Part shown: positions 1 to 9,746 of the stretch, piece after piece
Numbering within the stretch: the stretch's first letter is position 1
How the letters are laid out: the number at the start of each line of letters is the position of its first letter
DNA from: Candidatus Eiseniibacteriota bacterium
GTDB taxonomy: Bacteria; Eisenbacteria; RBG-16-71-46; JACRLI01
Length of the DNA stretch: 64,000 nucleotides
NCBI GenBank assembly: GCA_016235265.1
Contig: JACRLI010000004.1
Span: 171,485 to 235,484, forward strand
Direction of reading: 5' to 3'
Notes under the pieces: generated by a model
Database searches by the model: none
Seen by the model: only the letters and a program-made list of their open reading frames with translations
What the model was told of the DNA's origin: nothing
Translations under genes and position numbers: made by a program

Positions 1-512
1 ATCAGCGGGTCCGGGTGCAGCGAGAAGTAGATCCGCGGCACCACGAAGATCAGGAACGGCACCGTCACCACGGCGATCACCGAGTACGTGGCGGACAGCG
101 CCGCGCGCCGCTCATCGTCCTCGATGGCGGTGCGCAGCGTGACGTACGCCGCGTAGATGAGCAGCAGCAGGAAGATCGAGGTCTCCCGCGGGTCCCAGTT
201 CCAGTACGAGCCCCACATGCCCTTCGCGAACACCGCGCCGGTCAACGTGGCCAGCACGCACGCGATCAGCCCCAACTCGGCCCAGATGGCCGCCTTGGCG
301 TCCGCCACCAGGTCGCGATTGCGCAGGTAGACGATGCTCCAGAACGCCGACAGGGCGAAGGCGATCACCGTGATCCACGCCACGGGCAGGTGCGGGTAGA
401 TGATCCGGGTCATCTCGAACAGCTTCTTCGCCAGCGGGGCGTACAGGGTGCCGGCGGCGATGGCCGCCAGCATCCACAGCAACAGCCCGTACTTGAGCAG
501 CGTCTTCATCAT
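1..512 (-). CDS. ccmC: heme exporter protein CcmC (N-terminal part; gene runs off the left edge)
   Basis: Own reverse-strand translation from the ATG at 510-512 gives MMKTLLKYGLLLW... It contains in frame FAKGMWGSYWNWDPRET, the CcmC WWD heme-handling motif. The start overlaps the ccmB stop (ATGA). It is absent from the ORF track because no stop lies inside the window. Confidence 0.85.
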   Translation of the reverse strand, partial: MMKTLLKYGLLLWMLAAIAAGTLYAPLAKKLFEMTRIIYPHLPVAWITVIAFALSAFWSIVYLRNRDLVADAKAAIWAELGLIACVLATLTGAVFAKGMWGSYWNWDPRETSIFLLLLIYAAYVTLRTAIEDDERRAALSATYSVIAVVTVPFLIFVVPRIYFSLHPDPL

Positions 513-1177
513 TCGTTCCACACCGGCTCGATCAGAAACACCGAAACGCCGACCAGCACCGCGTCCAGCGAGGCGAGCATCACCAGGTGCGTGCGCGCGT
601 CGGGCGTCACGCCGAAGGCCGCCTTGGTCCCCCCGATGGCCGCCAGCAGCAGCGGGATCAGCACCGGGATCGCCAGGCCGGAGAACAGCGCCCCGCGCGT
701 ACGCGCCTGCGCCACCACCGCGGCCAGCAGCGTCGAAACCGAAACCAGCCCGATGTCCGCCAGCGCCAGCGTGGCCAGCAGAACCGGGAAGTCCCTTACC
801 TTCGGGGCCATCAGGACCAGGAAGAGCGGAACCACCATCAGCTCCACCAGGACCAGCAGCCAGAGATTGAACAGCGTCTTGCCGATCAAAGTTTCGAGCG
901 GCCCCGCCAATAGCTTTAGATGCGGGGCGGTCCGGGAATCGACCTCACGAATGTAGACCCGCGAGAGCCCGGAGAGACCCGAAAAGAGCAAAATGATCCA
1001 CAATAGGGCCGCCTGCAGCTCCGCCCCCGCTCCGAATGGACCCACGGAAAACGATAGCACAGCGAGCGTTACGAGCGCGAACAGGCCCGTGCTGGCCAGC
1101 CCGGACTGCGCCCGGCGCTCCGCCAGCCAGTCCTTGCGGGCCACCCCGAGGCTCCGGGACAGAAAGGTGGTCTTCAT
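509..1177 (-). CDS. ccmB: heme exporter membrane protein CcmB
   Basis: The 222-aa polytopic hydrophobic ORF sits between ccmA and ccmC. Its size and topology are typical of CcmB. Confidence 0.8.
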   Translation of the reverse strand: MKTTFLSRSLGVARKDWLAERRAQSGLASTGLFALVTLAVLSFSVGPFGAGAELQAALLWIILLFSGLSGLSRVYIREVDSRTAPHLKLLAGPLETLIGKTLFNLWLLVLVELMVVPLFLVLMAPKVRDFPVLLATLALADIGLVSVSTLLAAVVAQARTRGALFSGLAIPVLIPLLLAAIGGTKAAFGVTPDARTHLVMLASLDAVLVGVSVFLIEPVWNE

Positions 1178-1201
1178 GCGGCCGGAAGTACCCCCGGGCG
1201 G

Positions 1202-1825
1202 CTAGCCGCCGACACGGATCTCGCGGACGTCCGCGGGCAGCTCGGACGGGTCGTTGGTGGCCCACATCACGATCCCCCGGGTCAGCTGATCGGCCACCAC
1301 GGAGCGCACCTTTGCGCGGCCGAGGTCGTCCAGCAGCGCCATGGGTTCGTCCAGGATCAGCAGCGCGGGACGGTGGAGGATGGCCATGGCCAGCTTCAGC
1401 CGCTGCTTCATGCCGGAGGAATAACGGCCCGCCTGCACGTGCACGGCCTTCTCCAGGCCCACGGCCTCGAGCGAGGCCAGCAGGTGCGGCTCGTCGTGGG
1501 GCGCCCCCCGCATCCGTGCGGCGAAGTCCAGGTTCTCGAGGCCGGTCAACTCCTCGTACGACGAGATCTCGGGGCTCACCAGGCCCAGCGCCACGCGGCG
1601 CTCCGGGCCGGGCATGCGCACCCCGTCCAGGATCAGCTCGGAGGTGCCCTTGCTGGGACGGAGCAGCCCCGCCAGGACCTTGAGCAGCGTGGACTTGCCC
1701 GAGCCGTTCGGCCCCAGCACCGCCCACGCCTGCCCGGCTTCCGCCGTGAAACTCACGTCTCGCACCACCGCGCGGCGCCCGTAATACCTGGTGAGCCCGC
1801 GGGCTTCCAGCCGGACACCCGTCAT
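1202..1825 (-). CDS. ccmA: heme ABC exporter ATP-binding protein CcmA
   Basis: Walker A is GPNGSGKST, the ABC signature is YSSGMKQRL and Walker B is LLILDEP. It lies directly upstream of ccmB and ccmC. Confidence 0.8.
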   Translation of the reverse strand: MTGVRLEARGLTRYYGRRAVVRDVSFTAEAGQAWAVLGPNGSGKSTLLKVLAGLLRPSKGTSELILDGVRMPGPERRVALGLVSPEISSYEELTGLENLDFAARMRGAPHDEPHLLASLEAVGLEKAVHVQAGRYSSGMKQRLKLAMAILHRPALLILDEPMALLDDLGRAKVRSVVADQLTRGIVMWATNDPSELPADVREIRVGG

Positions 1826-2035
1826 AGCTCGGCAGTATAGCAGGGCCGGGGCGGCGGCGGCAATTCGCCCGGGGCCGGTCCCGGGAACCCGGGCTGCATT
1901 CCATTCCCGTATCTCTCATGGACTTGGACGACGCGAGTGGGCCGGCGGAGGTCCTGGCTCCCGGCGAGAACCGGATCCCATCTTGATACACGAATTCCCC
2001 TCAAGCTGCATCCCGGAAGGGGCGAAAATCGAGGT

Positions 2036-3922
2036 ATGAAACGCGCCCCCGCGTCCCTCAAGGCCGCGGTCACTGCCGCTTCCCCGGGAAGCTCGCGGAC
2101 CGGACGTGGCCTCGGTCGCCGCATATTCCTCTCCACCTCGCTGCCGCTGCTGGCCTTGAGCGCGCTGACGCTCTGGCTGGTGGGGGCTGCTGTCACGCGC
2201 CAGGCGGACCGGCAGCTGCGCGAGGACCTGGAGCGCGCCAGCCTGGTGTTCGAGCAGATCCTCTCCGCGCGCGCCGGAGAACTGGCGGCAGCGGGCGCCT
2301 CGCTCTCCCTGGATTCGAAGTTCCGCGGCGCCTGGGATGCCTTGCCGGCCCGTCCGGGCAGCGCCGCCGGCGGCGCCGGCGCCGGCGACGACGCCACCGG
2401 CCTCGTCCGGGAGTGGAACGAGCACGCGGCCCTGGACATCCTGGACGTGTACGACGCGCGCGGGGTGGAGCGCGTCAACGGCGGCCGGTTCCCGGACGGC
2501 GACGTGGAGACCACGGCGCTGGTGGCGGAGGCGCTGCGCGGCCGCACCGCCTACGGCGTGGTCCTGCGCGCCGACTCCCCCTACCAGGTCGCCGCCGTTC
2601 CGCTGCTGCGCAACGGCCGCCCCGCGGGCGCGATCCTGTGTGGCGAGCGCATGGGCCAGGCCCTGGCACATCGCCTTGCGGTGCTTACCCGCACCGAGGT
2701 CTCCTTCGTGGCCGGCCGCGCCGTTCGCGTGAGCACCCTGGCCGACCTGGGCGACCGCTACCGGCTGGTGCAGGACCTCTCGCAGGCGCGCGCGCGCCAC
2801 CCGATGGCGCGCGACGCGCGGTTGCTCGAATCGCAGACCTCCCGCGGCCGGGCCCTCACCCTGAGCCGCCCCTTCCCCGGCGCGGGCACCCGCGCAAGCT
2901 ACGCGCTCCAGCGCTCCGTGGAGGAGGAGACCCTCTACCTTCGCCGCGTGTACCGCGACCTGGCCGGCCTGGCCGTGGCCGCGTTCCTGGCCGCGCTGAT
3001 ATCCGCCTGGCTGGTGGCGCGCAGCATCACGCGGCCCATCGCCCGGCTGGTGGATGCCGCGCAGGCCCTGGAAGGGGGCGACTACGAGCACCCCCTGGAC
3101 GTGCGGTCGCGCGACGAGATCGGCCTCCTGGCCCGCACCTTCCTCGGAATGCGCCGCCATCTGCAGTGCCAAGTGCAGGGCCTCGAGGAGCTGGGCCGCA
3201 TCAAGAGCGAGTTCCTGAGCGTGGCCTCGCACGAGCTGCGCACGCCGCTCACCATCATCCAGGGCTACCAGTCGCTGCTCGCCGAGCGCGCGCTGGGCCC
3301 GCTCACCAGTCCGCAGGACAGCGCGGTGCTGGCCATCGGGCAGGGTGCCGAGACGTTGCACAAGCTGGCCGAGGACGCCGGTCGCCTGGCGGAGATCGAC
3401 CAGGTCCAGTTCAAGCCGGACCTGGCCCCCTTCGACGTGAGCGAGATGCTGGCGCGGGCGGTGCGCTGCTCGCTGGAGGCCGGTCCGGGCAGGAAGGTCG
3501 CGGTGCGCCACGAGGTGGCCCCCGGCGCCGAATTTGCGGTGGTGGACGGGCCACGGCTGCTGCACGCCATCTCCAAGCTGGTGGAGAACGGCATCCGCTT
3601 CACCCGGGATGGAGGCGAGGTCGTCCTGCGCGCCCGCCGCGACGGCGGCCTGCTGCGCGTCGAGGTGCGCGACACCGGCGTGGGCATCCCCGCCGATCAG
3701 CTCGAGGGGTTGTTCGACAAGACTTTCGCGCTGCGCAGCTCCACGGAGCACCACTCCTCGTCCACGCTGGAGTTCGGCTCGGCCGGGCTGGGGCTGGGGC
3801 TGTGCATCGCGCAGGGCGTGGCCCGCGCGCACGGCGGCGACGTCTTCGTGGAGAGCGAGGTGGGCCGCGGGACCACGGTCACCCTGATCGTGCCCGCGGA
3901 GGGGATGCAGCAGGCCGCGTAA
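2036..3922 (+). CDS. sensor histidine kinase (periplasmic sensor, HAMP, HisKA, HATPase)
   Basis: The H-box is SHELRTPLT, and the ATPase boxes are ENGIRFT, DTGVGI and GSAGLGLGL. A HAMP-like segment follows the second TM helix. I moved the start to the ATG at 2036 (MKRAPAS, preceded by GAGG). No response regulator is adjacent. Confidence 0.85.
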   Translation: MKRAPASLKAAVTAASPGSSRTGRGLGRRIFLSTSLPLLALSALTLWLVGAAVTRQADRQLREDLERASLVFEQILSARAGELAAAGASLSLDSKFRGAWDALPARPGSAAGGAGAGDDATGLVREWNEHAALDILDVYDARGVERVNGGRFPDGDVETTALVAEALRGRTAYGVVLRADSPYQVAAVPLLRNGRPAGAILCGERMGQALAHRLAVLTRTEVSFVAGRAVRVSTLADLGDRYRLVQDLSQARARHPMARDARLLESQTSRGRALTLSRPFPGAGTRASYALQRSVEEETLYLRRVYRDLAGLAVAAFLAALISAWLVARSITRPIARLVDAAQALEGGDYEHPLDVRSRDEIGLLARTFLGMRRHLQCQVQGLEELGRIKSEFLSVASHELRTPLTIIQGYQSLLAERALGPLTSPQDSAVLAIGQGAETLHKLAEDAGRLAEIDQVQFKPDLAPFDVSEMLARAVRCSLEAGPGRKVAVRHEVAPGAEFAVVDGPRLLHAISKLVENGIRFTRDGGEVVLRARRDGGLLRVEVRDTGVGIPADQLEGLFDKTFALRSSTEHHSSSTLEFGSAGLGLGLCIAQGVARAHGGDVFVESEVGRGTTVTLIVPAEGMQQAA

Positions 3923-4026
3923 CGCACGGCCGGCGGGAGTTCGACGTCGGAGTCGCGGCGTCGGGGCGTGCGGCACCGCTCCCGTGACGAGACTCCGCCT
4001 CACGTGCCCGGCGCCGCCCCTGGCTC

Positions 4027-5079
4027 CTACTTCAGTGTCGCCACACTCACCTGCTGCGCCAGGTTGCGCGCCAGGGCCAGGAACGCCTCGGACTGCGGCG
4101 ACTCCGGATTGCGCTTCACGATGGGGGTGCCGGCGTCCCCGGCCTGCCGCACCGCCGGGTGCATCGGGATCTCCCCCAGCAGCACGATGTCCATCTGCTC
4201 GCAGAGGCGCCGGCCGCCGCCGTGGTCGAACACGTCGGTGCGCTCGTTGCAGTGGGGACAGATGAAGTAGCTCATGTTCTCCACCAGGCCCAGGATCGGG
4301 ATCTGGAGCTTGCGGAACATGCTGGCGGCCTTGGACACGTCGGCCAGCGACACTTCCTGCGGCGTGGTCACCAGCACCGCGCCCGCCACCGGCACCAGCT
4401 GCGAGAGCGACAGCGACACGTCGCCGGTGCCCGGCGGCAGGTCCACCACCAGGTAGTCCAGCTCGCCCCACTTCACGTCGCGCACGAAGTTGTTCATGGC
4501 CGAATGCAGCATCGGCCCGCGCCAGATCACCGGCTGGTCGGGATCGAGCAGGAAGCCCATGGACATGATCTTCACGCCGTGGTTCTCCAGCGGGATCATC
4601 TTCTTGTCTTCCATCATGGGCGCCTCGTCCACACCCATCATCAGCGGCATGTTGGGGCCATAGACGTCCGCGTCCATCAGCCCCACGCGCGCGCCCAGCA
4701 TGCCCAGCGCCACCGCCAGGTTGGCGCTCACGGTGGACTTGCCCACGCCCCCCTTGCCCGCGCCCACCGCGATGATGTTGGCGACCCCGGGGATCTCCGC
4801 GCGGTCGGGAAGGCCCTTCGCGGAGCGCACCCGCGCGGTCATCTTGATGTGATGCGCCTTCAGCCCCGGCACGCCGGCGAGCGCCTCCTCGGCCATGGAG
4901 CGCATCTTCTCCTTCAGCGGGCAGGCGGGAGTCGTGAGCTCGTAGTCGAACCACACCTCGTCGTTCTCGATCTTGAGGTCCTTGACCATGCCCAGCGACA
5001 CGATGTCGCGGTGCAGGTCCGGGTCGATGACGCGGCTCAGCGCCTTGAGGACGGCTTCTTCGGTGACCTGAGAGGACAT
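4027..5079 (-). CDS. apbC: Mrp/ApbC/NBP35-family Fe-S cluster carrier ATPase
   Basis: The N-terminal DUF59-like segment reads MSSQVTEEAVLKALSRVIDPDL. The deviant Walker A is GKGGVGKST and the CPHC motif is present. I set the start at residue M82 of the ORF, which is preceded by AAGGAG. Confidence 0.9.
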   Translation of the reverse strand: MSSQVTEEAVLKALSRVIDPDLHRDIVSLGMVKDLKIENDEVWFDYELTTPACPLKEKMRSMAEEALAGVPGLKAHHIKMTARVRSAKGLPDRAEIPGVANIIAVGAGKGGVGKSTVSANLAVALGMLGARVGLMDADVYGPNMPLMMGVDEAPMMEDKKMIPLENHGVKIMSMGFLLDPDQPVIWRGPMLHSAMNNFVRDVKWGELDYLVVDLPPGTGDVSLSLSQLVPVAGAVLVTTPQEVSLADVSKAASMFRKLQIPILGLVENMSYFICPHCNERTDVFDHGGGRRLCEQMDIVLLGEIPMHPAVRQAGDAGTPIVKRNPESPQSEAFLALARNLAQQVSVATLK

Positions 5080-5191
5080 GGAATCTCCTTGCGGGCAATC
5101 GAAACGGCCGGGCTCACGGTCGGCCCGGCCGTCGGAACATGCAGGATACCTGGGATGGCGCGTGGTGCATTCGGGGCGGACCCTGCGGCGA

Positions 5192-5413
5192 TCAGCTTGC
5201 CGCCTGGGCCAGGACCTCCGCAGCCGGCTGGGACGCCGCCACGTCTTCGTAGGTGACCGCCTCTTCCGGGCACACGTCTTCGCAGATCCCGCACTCGGTG
5301 CAGGTTTGCGCGTCGATCGCATACAACCGGCGGGTGGTTTCCTCGATGGCTTCGACGGGGCAGTCCGCAGCGCAGACGCCGCACCCGGTGCACGCGGAGG
5401 TAATTCGGTACAT
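5192..5413 (-). CDS. 4Fe-4S dicluster ferredoxin
   Basis: There are two CxxCxxCxxxCP motifs (CTGCGVCAADCP and CTECGICEDVCP). The start is taken at MYRITSAC. Confidence 0.8.
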   Translation of the reverse strand: MYRITSACTGCGVCAADCPVEAIEETTRRLYAIDAQTCTECGICEDVCPEEAVTYEDVAASQPAAEVLAQAAS

Positions 5414-5546
5414 CGAGGCCTCGCTTTCCGGCCACATCCCTGGGGCCAATTCTAAGGATACCTCCGGATGGGGCTAACTCCAAGGGGAAAATGAAGCTGG
5501 GTGGGCTCCGGAGGTGGGTTTTCGGGGCCCCTGCGGGAGCTGGTTC

Positions 5547-6527
5547 TCAGGGCCGCGCGGACGTCCTCCGGGAGGCCGCGATCAGATCCGCCTCCCGCGC
5601 GGGGGACAGGGCCGTGGCGGGCATTTCCCGGTCCCGCATCCAGTCGCCCGTATCCCTCGCGGTCACAGCGGGCTCGGTCAGCACCAGGCCCGCCGCGCAG
5701 GCCCGCTCGTTGCTCACGTCCATGAGGCCGCTGCGGGGACCCCTCTCCGGCCGGTACAGCGGGAGCTCCAGGAAGGACAAGTTCGCGGCCTCCAGGACCC
5801 GGGCGCCCACCCAGGCGACGCGTTCGGCGCCCAGGATGTCCACGAACTCCGCCCAGGTGATCCGGGGGCCCGACAGGTTGTAGGCCCCGCCCAGGCCACC
5901 CTCCACCACGGCCCGCGCAAACCGCGCCACGTCGCGCACATCCACGACCTGGACGTGGTCCCACCCGTCGCCGGGCGCGAGCATTTCCCCTCCCCGGGTG
6001 GCCCTCTTCACCCAGTAGGTGTAGCGGCCGCTGGGATCCAGCGGCCCCGCGACCACCTGCGGACGCAGGAGGGCGCACCTGCCGGGGAAGAACTCCTCGA
6101 CCAGGTTCTCACAGGTCACTTTGAGGCGTCCGTAGGATTCCTGGTCCAGCTCGGTCACGTCCTCGGCGGCCGGGGCCACGCGGGGATGGTTCTCGCGGAC
6201 CGGGCGGAGTTCCGGATCGCCGTAAACGGCGACCGCGCTGATGTAGACGTACCGGCCGACCCGCTCCCGCAGGGCCGTGGCGCTCGCCCGCACGTGCACC
6301 GCGGTGTACCCGCTGACGTCGATGCACGCGTCCCAGGAGCGGCCCGCCAGCCCCGCCAGCCCGGCGGGGCCCTGGTCGCGGTCCGCGCGGATGCGCTCCA
6401 CCCGCGGGGGCAGCTCATCCGGTGACTTCCCGCGGTTGAGCACGCTCACGCCATGCCCGGCCGCAAGCAGGGTCTCCACGATGTGCCGGCCGATGAATTG
6501 CGTGCCGCCAAGGACCAGGATGTTCAT
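5547..6527 (-). CDS. NAD-dependent epimerase/dehydratase (SDR family)
   Basis: The N-terminal Rossmann motif is MNILVLGGTQFIGRH. The length and overall pattern fit an extended SDR. The start overlaps the methyltransferase stop by 4 nt. Confidence 0.8.
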   Translation of the reverse strand: MNILVLGGTQFIGRHIVETLLAAGHGVSVLNRGKSPDELPPRVERIRADRDQGPAGLAGLAGRSWDACIDVSGYTAVHVRASATALRERVGRYVYISAVAVYGDPELRPVRENHPRVAPAAEDVTELDQESYGRLKVTCENLVEEFFPGRCALLRPQVVAGPLDPSGRYTYWVKRATRGGEMLAPGDGWDHVQVVDVRDVARFARAVVEGGLGGAYNLSGPRITWAEFVDILGAERVAWVGARVLEAANLSFLELPLYRPERGPRSGLMDVSNERACAAGLVLTEPAVTARDTGDWMRDREMPATALSPAREADLIAASRRTSARP

Positions 6528-7429
6528 GGGGAGACGGGCTGGGGCGGCAGCGGGCTCTTCGGATCCGGGGTCGGACCGGGGTCATAGCCCACCCACTCGA
6601 TGTCCGGCACGCCCCGAAAGCGCCGGGCCATCACCGCCAGGGCCTCGGGGTTGTTGTCCACGAGCAGGAAGCGGCGGCCGAGCTCCAGCGCGGCCGCGCC
6701 GGTGGTCCCGCTCCCGGCGAAGCAGTCCAGCACCAGCCCTCCCGGGCGGGAGGAGGCCTGGACCACGCGCCGCAGGATCCCCAGCGGCTTCTGCGTCGGA
6801 TAGCCGGTCTTCTCCGGGCCGTTGGTGGGCACGATGGTGTGCCACCAGGTGTCCGTCGGGAGCTTGCCGCGAGCGGCCTTCTCCGGGCCCACCAGGCCGG
6901 GTGCCATGTACGGGATGCGCTCGATCTCCTCCGCGTTGAAGACGTGCTGCGAAGGGTTCCGGGCATACAGCAGGATGTTGTCGTGCTTCGGCGGCCACCG
7001 GTGCCTGGGCCGGCCGCCGTAGTCGTACGCCCAGATGATCTCGTTGAGAAAACACTCGCGCCCAAAGATGGCGTCGAGGAGCACCTTGCAGTAGTGCACC
7101 TCGCGGTAGTCCAAGTGCAGGTACAGGGATCCGTGGGCCGCGAGGACCCGGTGCGCCTCCGCCAGGCGCGGCTCCAGGAAGGCCAGGTAGTCGTCGAACA
7201 GGTCGCTGAACCGTATCGTGCCCATGACGACACTCTGGTAGCGGCGGCCCTGGAATCCCGTGCGGTCGCCCTCCGCGGAGCGCACGGTCTTCAGTTGCTT
7301 GCGGGTCTGCACCTTCCCGGTATTGAACGGCGGGTCAATGTAGATCAGGTCCACGGAGCCCGCGGGAAGGCTGCGCAGGACGTCGAGGTTGTCCGCGAGG
7401 TGAATCGTGCCGGTCACATCGTGCTCCAT
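6524..7429 (-). CDS. site-specific DNA methyltransferase, beta-class N6-adenine/N4-cytosine type
   Basis: The catalytic motif IV (IYIDPPFNTG) comes before the AdoMet motif I (LDCFAGSGTTGAAA), which is the beta-class order. The start is ambiguous: ATG at 7429 or TTG at 7471. Confidence 0.85.
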   Translation of the reverse strand: MEHDVTGTIHLADNLDVLRSLPAGSVDLIYIDPPFNTGKVQTRKQLKTVRSAEGDRTGFQGRRYQSVVMGTIRFSDLFDDYLAFLEPRLAEAHRVLAAHGSLYLHLDYREVHYCKVLLDAIFGRECFLNEIIWAYDYGGRPRHRWPPKHDNILLYARNPSQHVFNAEEIERIPYMAPGLVGPEKAARGKLPTDTWWHTIVPTNGPEKTGYPTQKPLGILRRVVQASSRPGGLVLDCFAGSGTTGAAALELGRRFLLVDNNPEALAVMARRFRGVPDIEWVGYDPGPTPDPKSPLPPQPVSP

Positions 7430-7489
7430 TGTCTCGCGGTCACGGGGCTTCGGCAGGTAACTGACCTTCAAGGAGTGCGCCCTGCAAAG

Positions 7490-8059
7490 CTATGCCGCAG
7501 GCCTGAGCTCCCAATGATCGGAGCCCTGGACAACTTGGAGCCTGGGCTGTCGAGATCTGGCAATCCCGTCGGCAAGCGTCCAGAAGTTCTTGTCCAGGGC
7601 ATTCAATCGCTTCATGTGACTGGGAGCAAGGTGGTTCTCGCCAGGCTTCCCTATCAGGTTCATGAACGCACCAAGCAAGATCCGCCGGTAGACGATCTCT
7701 GATGCGTACTCCAGGGGCTGTTTGGGACTGGCCTCTCGTTCGGCGATGGTGGCCCGCCGCGGGATTCTGAGTCGCAGAGCCAGGCCCGCCTGTGTGAGCC
7801 GGCAAGCAGAACGAAGGAACCTGAGTTCGGCACCGAACAGGTAGCGGGATTCACCCAGCAGATCCAGGGCAATCACCTGAAGAAGCTGCCATTCCTTGAA
7901 GATCGTGACCCTTGCAGCCTTGCAGTCGGGGCACTTCGACACAGTGACGCCGCCGCACAAATACACGTTGGTCAGCCCGGCTCCCAGGTAGCGATACTCG
8001 CCGGGCTTCCGGACTTCGAGTCTGTCACTACCGCAGGCAGGGCATCTCTTCGTGCTCAT
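7490..8059 (-). CDS. MqsA-like antitoxin (YgiT-type zinc ribbon plus XRE-type HTH, with a C-terminal extension)
   Basis: From M55 of the ORF the sequence is MSTKRCPACGS...CPDCK (CxxC...CxxC), followed by an HTH-like LRFLRSACRLTQAGLALRL. The start overlaps the stop of the upstream small ORF (ATGA). Confidence 0.65.
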   Translation of the reverse strand: MSTKRCPACGSDRLEVRKPGEYRYLGAGLTNVYLCGGVTVSKCPDCKAARVTIFKEWQLLQVIALDLLGESRYLFGAELRFLRSACRLTQAGLALRLRIPRRATIAEREASPKQPLEYASEIVYRRILLGAFMNLIGKPGENHLAPSHMKRLNALDKNFWTLADGIARSRQPRLQVVQGSDHWELRPAA

Positions 8060-8388
8060 GGTCGCCTCGGAACCTCCCTGGTCGGGTCGGCAATGGGGAA
8101 GACGGTCGCATACACATTGGGGCCGTCCGGAAGCAGGCCCAGGAGAACGCAGGTCGGTCTGCCGAATGCCAGGCACTTGCCGCGCAGGTAGGCCTTGAAG
8201 TTCGCGTGCTTGCCGCTCCAATACGGTGGGTGCTCGAACCTGCAGCTCTGCATGATGGAACGCACGTCATACATGGAGTAGCCATGCGCTTCCAGTTCCT
8301 GCAGGAAGTGGAGCGATTGAGAACATGGGACCGTTCCCGCGAGTATCTTCCGAATGATCTCCCTGGCGCCGTCCCTGGTCATGGCCAT
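8056..8388 (-). CDS. DUF4258-like putative toxin
   Basis: The pattern SLHFLQELEAHGYSMYDVRSIMQS...GRPTCVLLGLLPDGPNVYATVFPI resembles the DUF4258 consensus as I remember it. It sits upstream of, and is coupled to, the zinc-ribbon/HTH protein. The start is uncertain. Confidence 0.5.
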   Translation of the reverse strand: MAMTRDGAREIIRKILAGTVPCSQSLHFLQELEAHGYSMYDVRSIMQSCRFEHPPYWSGKHANFKAYLRGKCLAFGRPTCVLLGLLPDGPNVYATVFPIADPTREVPRRP

Positions 8389-8444
8389 CTCGGGGGGAGC
8401 TCTCTCCACTTGTACGTCTAGCGTACAAGCACCTCGCTCCCGTG

Positions 8445-9746
8445 TCAACTGCTTCCTTCAGTCCCTCCACCACGCGTTGACCCGGGCGCCCCCGGCACCA
8501 GCGCGAACAGCACCCCCGCGGCGACCAGCGCGAACGACGCCGAGCCGACGAACGCCGCGACACTCCCCCAGCGGTCCCACACCGCCCCGAACGCGGTGCT
8601 CGCCAGCAGAGCTGCCAGGCCGATGAGCATGTTGTATGCGCCGAATGCCGCGCCCCGGCCGTGCCCGGCGGCCAGGTCGGCGATGAGGCCGCGCTCCGCG
8701 CCCTCCACCAGGCCGTGCGAGATCCCGTAGACCGCGGTCAGCACGAACAGCAGCGGCAGGGACTGGACGAACCCGATCGCACCCCACAGCACACCGTAGA
8801 CGCACCAGCCCAGGACCAGCGCGTTGCGCTTGCCGTACCGGTCGGCCAGCCGGCCTCCTTGGGTGGCCGTGGCGGCCTTCACCAGGTGCAGCGTAAGCCA
8901 CAGCATGGGCGCGAGCGCCGGTGAGGCGCCGAGTTTCGCGGCTTTCACGATCAGGAATGCGTCGGTGGCGTTGGCGATCGCGAATATGGTCAGGGCCACC
9001 AGCGCGCGCTTCAGCGCCGGTGGGAGCGCGCCGGGCCCGCCGGCGGCGGACGCGCTCGCGGACCCGGCGCCGGAGTGCGCGGCGTCGGCATCCGCCTTTG
9101 CGGGCGCGGCAATTGGACGCCCTCCCGTGCCGGCCATCGCGCGCGCGGCGGGCTCCGGCGTCAGCGCCAGCGCCAGCATGGCGGCGAAGCCCGGCACGGC
9201 CGCCCACAGGAACACCGTGCGCATCCTGGCGGCGTTCTCCGGACCCACTCCCGCGCTGGCGCCCAGCAGCCACAGCAGTCCCGCGGCGAACAGGGTGCCG
9301 GCCACGGCCCCGGCGTGGTCCATCGCCCGGTGGAATCCGTAGGCCCGCGCGCGGATCGAAGGGTCCACCACGGACGCGATGAGCGCGTCGCGCGGCGTGG
9401 TGCGCACCCCCTTGCCCACCCGGTCCCCCACCCGCACCAGCAGCACGTGCCATGGTGCGGCCGCGAACGCCACCATGGGCCGCACGACGGTGGAAACTCC
9501 GTAGCCGAGCAACACCAGCGGCTTGAGGCGCGCGCGCCGGTCGGTGACGCGACCCATGACAAACTTGAGCGTGTTGGATACCAGCTCGGCCGCGCCCTCC
9601 ACCAGCCCGATGAACGCGCTGGAGGAGCCCAGGGACACCAGGAACGCGGGCAACAGCGGGAAGATGGCCTCGCTGGAGAGATCGGTGAACAGGCTCACCA
9701 GGCCCAGGCCGACGACGGTGCGGGGGAGCCTGGGGCCCGGCTTCAT
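8445..9746 (-). CDS. MFS transporter
   Basis: The 433-aa protein has about 12 predicted TM helices. Its N-terminus (GLVSLFTDLSSEAIFPLLPAFL) is MFS-like. Confidence 0.85.
   Translation of the reverse strand: MKPGPRLPRTVVGLGLVSLFTDLSSEAIFPLLPAFLVSLGSSSAFIGLVEGAAELVSNTLKFVMGRVTDRRARLKPLVLLGYGVSTVVRPMVAFAAAPWHVLLVRVGDRVGKGVRTTPRDALIASVVDPSIRARAYGFHRAMDHAGAVAGTLFAAGLLWLLGASAGVGPENAARMRTVFLWAAVPGFAAMLALALTPEPAARAMAGTGGRPIAAPAKADADAAHSGAGSASASAAGGPGALPPALKRALVALTIFAIANATDAFLIVKAAKLGASPALAPMLWLTLHLVKAATATQGGRLADRYGKRNALVLGWCVYGVLWGAIGFVQSLPLLFVLTAVYGISHGLVEGAERGLIADLAAGHGRGAAFGAYNMLIGLAALLASTAFGAVWDRWGSVAAFVGSASFALVAAGVLFALVPGAPGSTRGGGTEGSS

Noticed and set aside
1916-5098. Very long ORFs antisense to or overlapping real genes. 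Examples are 1916..5098 (1060 aa), 18638..21541 (967 aa), 23293..26577 (1094 aa), 58713..62447 (1244 aa) and 59230..62112 (960 aa).
   Set aside because: Their translations are Arg/Ala/Gly/Pro-rich low-complexity strings with no motifs, and they lie opposite ORFs with clear domain signatures. This is the expected stop-codon-poor artefact of ~70% GC DNA.
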